Assembly: GCA_051418015.1 (NCBI GenBank)
Contig: JBPRGF010000002.1
Location: 11,158 to 75,157, forward strand
From: Candidatus Nitrospinota bacterium M3_3B_026
GTDB lineage: Bacteria > Nitrospinota_A > UBA7883 > JBPRGF01
Direction of reading: 5' to 3'
DNA length: 64,000 nt
How positions within the stretch are numbered: position 1 is the first letter of the stretch; the number at the start of each line of letters is the position of its first letter. The position numbers and the translations under genes were made by a program. This document shows, piece after piece, positions 50,586-59,872 of this stretch. A model generated the notes under the pieces. That model did no database searches. It had not been told where the DNA came from and saw nothing but the letters and a program-made list of their open reading frames with translations.

Positions 50586-53500
50586 AGCTCAAGACGCTGG
50601 GAGCAATGCGGCGCCGGATATACCAAATCATTGAACGCTTGACGAACAAGAACGCTCGCACAGCGATTAACCAATCTTCCGCCTCATGGAATATGGAATC
50701 CCGCGGCGATCCCATTATTCCGGTTATTCGTGAAAGAGCGCGCCGCAAGGGAGCCATAGCGCGAGACGATCTTGAACAGGTGCTGTCCGCGTGCGGAGAG
50801 AGGGAATGGCGCCCTTACCACATGACGCCTGACCCGGATGGCGGGGCAAGAGGCTATTTCAGGATGGATTGCAGCGGAGAGTTGTCCGCGGAATCCGAGT
50901 CATGCCTTGCAATGGCTCGCGAATACGGCATGATTCCCCTGGCGCTCCTGCCTGTCGCCGCAGGGAATGACGCGGGTGTCGCTTGTGAGGGCAGATTGCT
51001 GATGAGTGATGAATATCTCGCCTCGCTCGTTTCTCTTCATCGAGAATATGGTTGCGGGTACGGGTTCCTGGCCGATCCCCTGGCGGTGATAACCCGGTTG
51101 TTGTCCAACCCCCTGATGATCTGGACGAACACGAGGGAAAAGATAACCCAAGAGGGGCTGACCATCCACGGATATGGATGCTCCTTCCATAATGACCGAG
51201 CATCCTTGTTAAACATGATCTGGGTGTATCGCGTCGCCCAGAAGCTTATCACCGGCAACTACATGGACTTGCTGTCACGCCTGGGCTTCGATTGCCGCGA
51301 ATGGACCTACGTCAAAAGCGGCGACCCCATGTGGCTGCGCCCTCTGGACGGGCTGTCCGACATATCCTTCACCGTCGCCAGGGATGAGCGCGTTTATCTC
51401 AGGGACGCCCAGATCACCACCGATCTCGCGCCAGAACTGACGCGGCGGCCTTTCCTGGACACCATACTTTACACCGACCGTGCGGGCTGGCGAAAGATTG
51501 ACCGCGGCGGCGATGAGGGCGCTATCGAGCTTGACGATGTCCTTGCGGCCGTTGCGAACGGAGAAGCGCTTAAGAACATAGGTCTCATTATCGACCCTTC
51601 CGACATCGCATGGGAACGGGGCGCGAAACACGCCCGGACGAATACCGCTGACACGCCGGTGGTGAGAACATTGCCATATCCGTACCACTATTACCTGGCC
51701 ATTTGCAGCGACATTGACTGGTCAACGCATTCCCATTTCACCGGGGCCGTAGACGTCATTTGCGACGAGCTCGGCATGCGCTATTCCGGCAGCGCATACT
51801 TGTGCTCCCGTGATCCGAAATGGCCCTCATTGTGCGGGGACGCAAACACCGCCAATGGCATGGAGCGCCTGGACCCCGGCAACCCCGTGCTGCATTGGGC
51901 CGGGGAAGGTCTTATTGATACCATACACGGCGTTGCGTACTCTTATGATTCACTGACACTCGGCCGGAATGTCGGCTGCTCAGCGGGGGAGGCCGTGATC
52001 GAGCTGCGTCCATCCATCGACATGAGCGGTTATGACGGCGTCATGATCGCGACTTCATCCATCGTTGATCCCTCGCGCCCCCCCCGCATCGCCTTGCTGG
52101 GCCAGAGCGGCCGGAAAATCCACATGACCATGAACGGCTCATATACAGCCGGCAGGCCGCGCAGCCAGCACATCACTTATCACCCCAACGAAACGCTCGA
52201 TGAAGCAATAAAGGGCATCGTGTTGTCCAATTGCCCGGATGGCTTTGTCGCGAGAGAGATTACCACGCTCTACGCTGGAGAGCCAAGCGTCTCCGCCATG
52301 TTACGGTTACTTGGCTCATATAACCTGACGATGCCTGTGTTCACCACCCATGGCGGAGGCTCGGACAGAAAATTCGCCTCACTTGGAACGGCGCAGTATT
52401 GCGCCATCAATGACATTGACACCAGCATGGCGATGGATAATCCCGGCTCGCCCTTTTACTTGCTGCCGGCGCTCAAGTCGTTTGGGGCGCGCTTCTTCAA
52501 TCCGGAGGGATTATTTTCCGATGATGCGCTACGAGACATAGATACACTCGTGGAGCCCATGACTACAATAAGCGGTGAGCGGATATACGCCTTTTGCCGT
52601 TACTACAGCAGCCGTGATTATAAGTTAAGTTATGGAAAACATAACGCGACCGCCCAGGGTATCGCCGTGACGCTGGACGAGATTATTCATAGGCTGCGCC
52701 GCGCGGAGCCTGGAAAGGGTTGCGTCGTGTATACCCACTTGGGGCATCGAGTGGGGAACAACATAACCAGCCGGCTTGGCTGGAACGAAGAAGTATTCGC
52801 TTCATTAGGCCGGGTGGCCGAGTATTCCCAAGGGAAGGACAGGGACAATACCGTGCCTTATAGAATATGGTTTGCGCCAACATCCGCGATATTAACGTAC
52901 TCGGCGGTCATGAAAGGTATCAGAAGCGCAATACGATACGAAAACGGTGATATACATATAACATCATGGCATGACCCGGCTCTGGGACATTCTATCCCAA
53001 ACCCCACCGAGTTCGGGGAAAGCTGGCTGCACGGCGTGACCATTGCCATTCCAGAAAACGCAAGCGGACGGGTCTATGTGGATGGGACGGAATGTCTTTA
53101 CTATACTACCAACCCTCCTGACGCCTTGAGCGGGAAAAGTGTAACGATCGTGGACGCCGCATCGAAACGGCAGCTTATTCCCGCGGTCGAAAGTGTGGCT
53201 CTGGAAGAAAACGCGGACGCCGAGCCGCCAGACCTCGCCGCCGAAAACGCGGCTGAACCTGTTGTCATCCGGGTCACTGCCGGAAGCCAGACCGTCCGCC
53301 ACGAATTTGAGATACATGAGCTGTCGCTGAGAAATGCAACGCACTGGACTTTTGAGATCTTTGCGAAAAACACTCTCGACGAATGGGAGCTTGGGTTCAC
53401 CACCGATTCAGGGGAGACATTCACCGCCGGAACGGGAAGCCGTGTCCAATGGAATGCGCGATGGAACGGCGGCTCCTCCTGGAAACGATTCACATTCTCG

Positions 53501-53944
53501 CTGGATGACGCGGCCGGGCCGGCGCGGCCCCGTGGAAAGATTGTCCGGATGCTCTTCGGCGCGCGCGGACACGCCCCGGGCCACGAGGTGTTGTTCAGGG
53601 ATATAAGTCTTATCCGTCCCCAGTCGGCAAGGCGAAGGACACCCAACAACAGGATATTGGCCGGGAGAGTGTATGCCATCAACGATGGCAGACCGGCGCG
53701 CGGCATTAAAATGCGGTGCGAGAGCGAGGACCACCGCATTGAAACCACAACAGATTCATCCGGCAAATATATATTCAAAGGATTGCGGGATAATAACCGG
53801 TATTATCTTGCGTTGGACAGCAATGACGGCTCCTGTTTTATCTCGAAAGGAAACGCAGCGTACATGTCTTGCGACCAGTGGGATTGGGATATTGCTGTCG
53901 CCTTCGATGAAAGCAGCGGACGCGCGCGCAACGGCGGCGCCTGA
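50582..53944 (+). CDS. large hypothetical protein with a deacetylase/GH57-like central region and a C-terminal carboxypeptidase-regulatory-like domain
   Basis: ~1120-aa ORF coupled to the sulfotransferase (ATGA); PYPY..YLAICSDID, IDTIHG, TTHGG, YTHLG motifs; C-terminal LAGRV...TTTDSSGKYIF.GL. Confidence 0.6.
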   Translation: MKLKTLGAMRRRIYQIIERLTNKNARTAINQSSASWNMESRGDPIIPVIRERARRKGAIARDDLEQVLSACGEREWRPYHMTPDPDGGARGYFRMDCSGELSAESESCLAMAREYGMIPLALLPVAAGNDAGVACEGRLLMSDEYLASLVSLHREYGCGYGFLADPLAVITRLLSNPLMIWTNTREKITQEGLTIHGYGCSFHNDRASLLNMIWVYRVAQKLITGNYMDLLSRLGFDCREWTYVKSGDPMWLRPLDGLSDISFTVARDERVYLRDAQITTDLAPELTRRPFLDTILYTDRAGWRKIDRGGDEGAIELDDVLAAVANGEALKNIGLIIDPSDIAWERGAKHARTNTADTPVVRTLPYPYHYYLAICSDIDWSTHSHFTGAVDVICDELGMRYSGSAYLCSRDPKWPSLCGDANTANGMERLDPGNPVLHWAGEGLIDTIHGVAYSYDSLTLGRNVGCSAGEAVIELRPSIDMSGYDGVMIATSSIVDPSRPPRIALLGQSGRKIHMTMNGSYTAGRPRSQHITYHPNETLDEAIKGIVLSNCPDGFVAREITTLYAGEPSVSAMLRLLGSYNLTMPVFTTHGGGSDRKFASLGTAQYCAINDIDTSMAMDNPGSPFYLLPALKSFGARFFNPEGLFSDDALRDIDTLVEPMTTISGERIYAFCRYYSSRDYKLSYGKHNATAQGIAVTLDEIIHRLRRAEPGKGCVVYTHLGHRVGNNITSRLGWNEEVFASLGRVAEYSQGKDRDNTVPYRIWFAPTSAILTYSAVMKGIRSAIRYENGDIHITSWHDPALGHSIPNPTEFGESWLHGVTIAIPENASGRVYVDGTECLYYTTNPPDALSGKSVTIVDAASKRQLIPAVESVALEENADAEPPDLAAENAAEPVVIRVTAGSQTVRHEFEIHELSLRNATHWTFEIFAKNTLDEWELGFTTDSGETFTAGTGSRVQWNARWNGGSSWKRFTFSLDDAAGPARPRGKIVRMLFGARGHAPGHEVLFRDISLIRPQSARRRTPNNRILAGRVYAINDGRPARGIKMRCESEDHRIETTTDSSGKYIFKGLRDNNRYYLALDSNDGSCFISKGNAAYMSCDQWDWDIAVAFDESSGRARNGGA

Positions 53945-53994
53945 GATTATGATGACCGCAAAATTTGATAATTTAATTCTCATGAGGCCGACCC

Positions 53995-55482
53995 GTGAGA
54001 CATAACACCCCTTATTTTATTGTTTCGTGCGCCCGATCCGGGTCCACCTCGCTTTGCCGGATTCTCGACCAGGCGGAAAACGGAACATGCGAAGTGGAGC
54101 CCAGGCCGAATCTCGACAGGGAAAGCAGGCTGATGCGGGAAGGCAGGCTGCCCGACCCGAAAAGGGTGGTCGCGGATACCATCGTGGCGCGAGCGGCAAA
54201 AATGGCGGCTGAAGTGGATGTGTACGGAGAAAAAAACGTCACGTATGGTCCGTTTATCCCCCACCTTTATGACGCGCTGAAGTGCAGGTTCGTTTTCATC
54301 AAGCGTGACGGGAGAGACGTTGTCACCTCGCTCATCAACTGGCATGAACAGCAATTCGGCAATATATACCGGGAATGCCGCGAGTCCGGAGACCTTTCGC
54401 TCAAAGCGCTGGATTCCGCGGCGTCGCTTACCTCAAATATAGATACAGCGGACTACGCCCGTCCCAGGCCGCTGCCGGGCAGCCCCTATTACATGAAGTG
54501 GGAGCGCATGTCCCGTCTTGAAATGTGCGCCTATTATTGGTCCACCATTAACGAGGAATACATGGATAACCTCGAGGCGCTGCCGGACGCCGCCTGGACC
54601 GCCATAGATTACACGTCCCCAACCTTCAGGGACATTGAAAAAGTCTCACGGTTTTGCGGCCTGGCGGGGCTTGACGAGAACGTTGCGCAACCCCTCCTGG
54701 ATGAAAAAATCAATTCACTGAAACAACGCGGCGCCTCCGACGGGAATTTCTCCCATTGGACGGATTGGGACGGCGGGCAGAGAAGAAAGTTCCTGGAGAT
54801 AGCCGGGGGAACGATGAGACGGCTGGGCTATCTCATCAGGCGGGAGGAGGCATGGAGGCCTGAAGGATTCGGCGGGCATTGGCGCGAAAAGGAAGCGGAT
54901 CCGGACTGGTACACGTGGATGTATAACAGCAGACTAAAACAACACCGGGACTTGGTGGACTGGGTGAAAGGCAAAGACGGCGCCGGAGACGCTATCGGCT
55001 CAATCATGGATTTTGGCTGCGGGATATCGATCGGCTATAGCGATGATTTCTCCGGCAAGGAATATACGGGAGTCGATATAAGCGAAAAGAACATCGAGTG
55101 GTCAAGAAAACACAGGGACAATCCAAAACATGCCTATGTAAACGCCGATTTCATATCGGAAGACCTGGACCGCAAGGCCGACCTCGTGTTTTCCAGCGGC
55201 ACCATCGACAACTCTTACGACATAGACGCTTTCCTGGAAGCGATGGTCCGCCATTCAAAGAAATGGATACACGCCACAGCCTATCGCGGCTGGTTTCCGA
55301 GTCTGCGTGAACACAGGTATCGGTACAACCAGGCGCATGAATGCTTTTACAACGACATCTCCCCTTCCGCGGCGCATGATACACTCAAGCGGCTGGGCTG
55401 CATGGATATCACTATCATGCCGGCGGCGACGGGCAAGGGGGAAATCCCGTACGAGACAAAGATTATCGCCAGGACACCGTAG
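53995..55482 (+). CDS. sulfotransferase fused to a class I SAM methyltransferase
   Basis: N-terminal FIVSCARSGSTSL and RDGRDVVTS; C-terminal IMDFGCG, YTGVDIS, ADF, DLVFS. Confidence 0.8.
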   Translation: MRHNTPYFIVSCARSGSTSLCRILDQAENGTCEVEPRPNLDRESRLMREGRLPDPKRVVADTIVARAAKMAAEVDVYGEKNVTYGPFIPHLYDALKCRFVFIKRDGRDVVTSLINWHEQQFGNIYRECRESGDLSLKALDSAASLTSNIDTADYARPRPLPGSPYYMKWERMSRLEMCAYYWSTINEEYMDNLEALPDAAWTAIDYTSPTFRDIEKVSRFCGLAGLDENVAQPLLDEKINSLKQRGASDGNFSHWTDWDGGQRRKFLEIAGGTMRRLGYLIRREEAWRPEGFGGHWREKEADPDWYTWMYNSRLKQHRDLVDWVKGKDGAGDAIGSIMDFGCGISIGYSDDFSGKEYTGVDISEKNIEWSRKHRDNPKHAYVNADFISEDLDRKADLVFSSGTIDNSYDIDAFLEAMVRHSKKWIHATAYRGWFPSLREHRYRYNQAHECFYNDISPSAAHDTLKRLGCMDITIMPAATGKGEIPYETKIIARTP

Positions 55483-55490
55483 ATCCGCAG

Positions 55491-56696
55491 ATGATGAACT
55501 TGTTTTTACGTTTCCGTGAGCGCGTCCGCAAGATGCACTCCAACCCCGTTGTCGGCCACGTCATTATAAATATCAAACGGATGATCGGACGCGCCGTTGC
55601 AACGCTTCGGGATTTTCAACGATGGATCGCCGACGGCTTTGTTCAGGAAATACTTGGATTCCAAGGTATCCGGTCAGTCATTAAGAGCTCCAGGAAAATG
55701 TTGGGAATCCATAACCGATACAAAACACTGGAAACATATCCTCTTGCGGGATATGACGCGCACATGGCCCAGATGCGCCAGATATATACGCCCCTGGCTA
55801 ATGGATTCTCCTATTATCAATACGTTGTTCAGGCGCTCGCTGAGTTGCCGGAAGCCACGCTGACGCCCCTGTCCGAGTTCGCGGGGCAAAGCAATGCCGG
55901 CGGAAAAATTATCGGACTGCGGCATGATGTTGACGGAGACCCGGAGACGGCCGTTCGATGCGCCAGGTTTCTTTCCCGCAACGGATGGGCGGGAAGTTTT
56001 TACCTTTTGAGCACGTCCGGCTATTACGGTGAAATTTCCAACGGCGTTTTTATTCGCAACCCGCTTGTCAAGGAATGGGTGAAAGCTCTGGCGGTGGCCG
56101 GGAGCGAAATCGGCCTCCACAATGACGCGCTCAACCTCTGCCACCAGGGATATGATGGTATAAAGGCCCTGATCGCGGAAATAACGTGGCTGCGCTCCAT
56201 GGGAATAAGGATCCAAGGCACAGTCGCCCACAACAGCGGGCCGATATATGAGGCCGAAAACTTTGAAATATTCGCGGACCGGGTGCTGTGGCCGCGCTCC
56301 GTTAGTACCGCGTATGGGAATGTGTTGCCGTTAGGGGCCGTTCGCATGTCCGATCTCGGGCTCACATACGAGGGGACTTTCTCCGTCCCGCGGGCCGATA
56401 TTGACACCCGCAAAGCACACGCCTTCTTCGGGGACAAGGAGGCTTCGAAACTGCGGTCTGAAGAATGGATGCGCGCCTTTCTGCATGACAACCCGTCCTG
56501 TCTGCATGAGCTGGATGTCCAGTTGTGGCTGATCGGCAGGGACGAATGGGTCATCGCCGGCGCGCGGGGCCGGGTGGATGAGTTCGCATGGCTTGTTTCA
56601 TTCGAGGAAGTAAGGAAATTCCTGCGCGGTCTTCGAGGAAACCGGCGGATATTGGCCGCCCTCCACCCGGAATATTTCATGGACATCGACCGGTAA
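55491..56696 (+). CDS. polysaccharide-deacetylase-like (WbmS-like) protein
   Basis: LRHDVD, GSFY, EIGLH, VAHN, LHPEYF metal-binding pattern. Confidence 0.7.
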   Translation: MMNLFLRFRERVRKMHSNPVVGHVIINIKRMIGRAVATLRDFQRWIADGFVQEILGFQGIRSVIKSSRKMLGIHNRYKTLETYPLAGYDAHMAQMRQIYTPLANGFSYYQYVVQALAELPEATLTPLSEFAGQSNAGGKIIGLRHDVDGDPETAVRCARFLSRNGWAGSFYLLSTSGYYGEISNGVFIRNPLVKEWVKALAVAGSEIGLHNDALNLCHQGYDGIKALIAEITWLRSMGIRIQGTVAHNSGPIYEAENFEIFADRVLWPRSVSTAYGNVLPLGAVRMSDLGLTYEGTFSVPRADIDTRKAHAFFGDKEASKLRSEEWMRAFLHDNPSCLHELDVQLWLIGRDEWVIAGARGRVDEFAWLVSFEEVRKFLRGLRGNRRILAALHPEYFMDIDR

Positions 56697-56718
56697 CGAA
56701 AAGGAGTGCTCCTTACAC

Positions 56719-57891
56719 ATGAAGGAACATAAATTATCAACCGCCGAATGGATTAAGGCGAGGCTCGTGTGCCCCGTGTGCCTTGCGTCCGGAGTGGTGG
56801 AGGAGCGCGGCCCCGCGGGCGAGGGGTACGGATGCCCCGTGTGCGGCCGGTGGTACCCCGTGGGGCAGTACGGCGTCGTGGATTTTCAGGCGCATGACCG
56901 GCTGCTTGCGCTGCCCGAGCCATACCTGGGCATCTGGGCCGCGGCGCAGATGGCCTCGCACGAGGAATATCGCACGCAAAGCGAGGGAAGCGTGTCCACC
57001 GCCGACCGCGAAGTGGCACAGGCTTTCTCCGGGTTCATGGACCTCGATGGAAAGAGTGTGCTGGATGTCGGCGCGGGAACGGATTATCTCCCGGGTTACG
57101 TGGCCGAGGCGGCTCCGGCCCATTACGTGGCCTTGGACCCCTTTCCTGTGGAACGGCCCATCGACTACTTCAAAACACAGGCATGGGGGGAGGCCATCCC
57201 ATTCGCCGACGGAACCTTCGACACGATCATCCTGGGGACATCGCTGGATCACATCCTCTGCCTCGACAGCTTTTTCTCCGAGGCGCGCCGCGTGCTGAAG
57301 CCGGATGGAACCGTCTACGTGTGGAGCGCATGGGTATTTGATGAAAGTCTTTTCGCCAATGTTCCGGAAACGCCTCTTTTCTCCCGGCGGGACGCCAAGG
57401 CGCCCGTGGGCCATGACAGAGAAGAACAGCTTCGTATCGCGCAGAAGTGTCGGCAGTTCATCTCCGACACGAAGACCCTCACCGAACAGTACACCCCGCT
57501 CCTGGTGGACCAGTATCATTTCCGCCATTTGCCGATAAACGAAGCCGCCGCGCTTTTCCAAGAGGCCGGTTTCGTGGTAAAGGACATGACGGTATGGGAC
57601 ACCCACCCCAACTTCGTCAACGCGTTCCTGAAAATCACGTTGCGCGACACTCCCCTGGCGCCGCCCTCCGGAACCGCGCATATTGTCTCGTCCCGGCTCT
57701 TTTTGAAACAGGAGCTACGCCAGATCCGGAACATCGTGGAACAAGTCGAATTCAACGTGGACCGGATGCTCTCTGGAATTAACAGGTTAGAGAGCGAGGC
57801 CAGAGTTATCCGGGAAATAAAGGATACAAGCTTCATGTACAAGATCAGGAAGTTGTCAAAAAAACTGCTTGGCAGTGAAAGCGATGGATAA
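56719..57891 (+). CDS. class I SAM methyltransferase with N-terminal Trm112-like zinc ribbon and C-terminal coiled coil
   Basis: LVCPVC...CPVCGRWYP; VLDVGAG, GEAIPFADGTFD, SLDH, RRVLKPDG. Confidence 0.85.
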   Translation: MKEHKLSTAEWIKARLVCPVCLASGVVEERGPAGEGYGCPVCGRWYPVGQYGVVDFQAHDRLLALPEPYLGIWAAAQMASHEEYRTQSEGSVSTADREVAQAFSGFMDLDGKSVLDVGAGTDYLPGYVAEAAPAHYVALDPFPVERPIDYFKTQAWGEAIPFADGTFDTIILGTSLDHILCLDSFFSEARRVLKPDGTVYVWSAWVFDESLFANVPETPLFSRRDAKAPVGHDREEQLRIAQKCRQFISDTKTLTEQYTPLLVDQYHFRHLPINEAAALFQEAGFVVKDMTVWDTHPNFVNAFLKITLRDTPLAPPSGTAHIVSSRLFLKQELRQIRNIVEQVEFNVDRMLSGINRLESEARVIREIKDTSFMYKIRKLSKKLLGSESDG

Positions 57892-59599
57892 AACCGCCGC
57901 GAGGGCGGGGGCTCGCCCGGCCTCTCACGCCGCGTCCGGCGATCCCGCCGCCTGGCTTGACGATTTCGCGCGCCAGCATGGCCGGCCCCCGAGAATCCTG
58001 CACATAGGCAACATCTGCAACAACGCATATCACAACGCCAAGCTTCTCAACAAGGCGGGCGCCGACTGCGACGTCATCAACCACGACTATTACCACATCA
58101 TGGGCTGGCCCGAGTGGGACGATGCGCTCTTCAGCGGCGATTTCGACGACCAGTTCTGGCCCGACTGGCGGCGCGTGAAAGTCCGCGACTTCACCCGGCC
58201 CCGATGGTTCGCTCAGGGTACACAAAAAACATGTTTGGCCTACATGCTGGCGCGCCGAAGGGGAAGACGGTTCGCGGCGTGGTTCTATTGGCATATGTTA
58301 AACGCCGAGCGATGGTACTACTGCAGCGGTACCTCCAAAAGATGGCGGCGGCGGCTCCAGCCGCTGCGCCCCGCGTTGCGCTACATCCGAAGGCGCCTTG
58401 CGCGGGCGCGGGATGTGGCAAAAAATATAATGCTGAAAATGAGGGGGCAAAAGTTCTGGAACAGGCTGACGGAATGGATCGGGCCCGGATCCGCCTCCAG
58501 CGCCAATCCCGCCCCCGGGGCAACCCAGGTTGCGGCGGGCAAACGCCCCGCCGACCGCTGCCGGGAGCTGGTGGAGGAATTCGCCCGGCGCTTTCCCGGC
58601 CGCCCCGACCGCCTGTCGTATAACGAGCTGCTGGCCCACTATCCCCAGGTAGAGTGGTGGGGCGCGCTTTTCGAGCATTATGACATCATCCACGCCTACG
58701 CCACGATGCCGATCCTGCCCCTGCTTGCCGGCAAGAGGCCATACATCGCCTACGAGCATGGGACCATCCGCGACATCCCCTTCCAGGATGACGAGCAGGG
58801 GCGCAAGACCGCCCTGGCCTATGCCATGGCCGATGCGGTCTACCTCACCAACGCGGACAGCATCGGCAAGGCCGAGGCGCTAGGTGTCTCCCGCGACAGG
58901 ATGATATTCGGCCTGCACGGGTTTGACGGCGCCGTGATCGAACGGAAGCTGCAATCAGCCTCCAGCGTGACACGCATGGAGGCCCGGTTCGGTTTCGATG
59001 ACGCGGCCACCGTTTTCCTGGCCCCCGCCCGGCACCATTGGCGCGACGGGTATGACACCTGGCTGAAGGGCAACGACAAAATCATCCGCGCCATGCGGAT
59101 GGCCGCCGATGAGACCTCGAAACGGTTCGCCGTGGTTTTCGTGGCGTGGGGCAGGGAGATCGAGCTTTCAAGGGAGCTGATCCGCTCCCTGGACCTCGAA
59201 CGGTACGTCACATGGGTGGAGCCGCTGCCTAAGGACAGGCTCATCAAGTCGTTTTCACAGGTGGATTGCGTCATCGACCAGTTCGTCTGCCCCTGCATGG
59301 GAGGGGTGGCCATCGACGCCCTGATGGCGGGGGCGCCCGTCATCACCCGCCTGGACGAGGCGGCGATGAACGAGTTCTACGGATCACAGCCGCCCCTTTT
59401 CAACTGCGCCGATGACCGCCAGATCGCCGACGCCATGATACGGGTCATCGAGAACCCGTCCCTGCGCGGGGAAATGGCGGAACGGGCGAAAAAATGGATG
59501 GCCCGGCATCATGGCAACGCGGCGGTCGTGGCGACGAACCTGGCCGCCTACAGGATAGCGTGGGAAGGCGTGGAGCGCGCATCCGGCGTGCCAACATGA
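57884..59599 (+). CDS. GT4-like glycosyltransferase
   Basis: ILHIGNICNNAY, YEHGTIR, PARHHW, KGND, DCVIDQF...GGVAIDALMAGAPVIT. Confidence 0.8.
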   Translation: MDKTAARAGARPASHAASGDPAAWLDDFARQHGRPPRILHIGNICNNAYHNAKLLNKAGADCDVINHDYYHIMGWPEWDDALFSGDFDDQFWPDWRRVKVRDFTRPRWFAQGTQKTCLAYMLARRRGRRFAAWFYWHMLNAERWYYCSGTSKRWRRRLQPLRPALRYIRRRLARARDVAKNIMLKMRGQKFWNRLTEWIGPGSASSANPAPGATQVAAGKRPADRCRELVEEFARRFPGRPDRLSYNELLAHYPQVEWWGALFEHYDIIHAYATMPILPLLAGKRPYIAYEHGTIRDIPFQDDEQGRKTALAYAMADAVYLTNADSIGKAEALGVSRDRMIFGLHGFDGAVIERKLQSASSVTRMEARFGFDDAATVFLAPARHHWRDGYDTWLKGNDKIIRAMRMAADETSKRFAVVFVAWGREIELSRELIRSLDLERYVTWVEPLPKDRLIKSFSQVDCVIDQFVCPCMGGVAIDALMAGAPVITRLDEAAMNEFYGSQPPLFNCADDRQIADAMIRVIENPSLRGEMAERAKKWMARHHGNAAVVATNLAAYRIAWEGVERASGVPT

Positions 59600-59826
59600 C
59601 GCTTGACGAAAAACTGAAGGCGGTTATAAAAGGAATGCGGCAAGGGAGATTCATGGCGCGGGGGGAGGAGCATATCGAAGGCTATTTCGACGCTATTTCC
59701 CCCACCATCAACGACCTTTACAGCTGGGAGGAAATATAGGGGTGGCTGCTCAACTCCGGATTCACCGGCATCCGCCGCACCGTGGATACCAGGAATCATC
59801 ACCTGATCGCCGTTCGCGACAGATGA
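59596..59826 (+). pseudogene. C-terminal methyltransferase-like fragment with an internal stop
   Basis: ...GYFDAISPTINDLYSWEEI*GWLLNSGFTGIRRTVDTRNHHLIAVR continues plausibly in frame past TAG at 59737-59739. Confidence 0.5.
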
Positions 59827-59872
59827 TTTCGCCGCGGCGGACAACCCGCGACGCTGAAGCCGTGGAGCCGGA

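Noticed and set aside
59737..59739. Pyrrolysine/readthrough recoding at the in-frame TAG
   Set aside because: The gene also lacks its N-terminal catalytic part and no pyl genes are seen; pseudogenisation is simpler.
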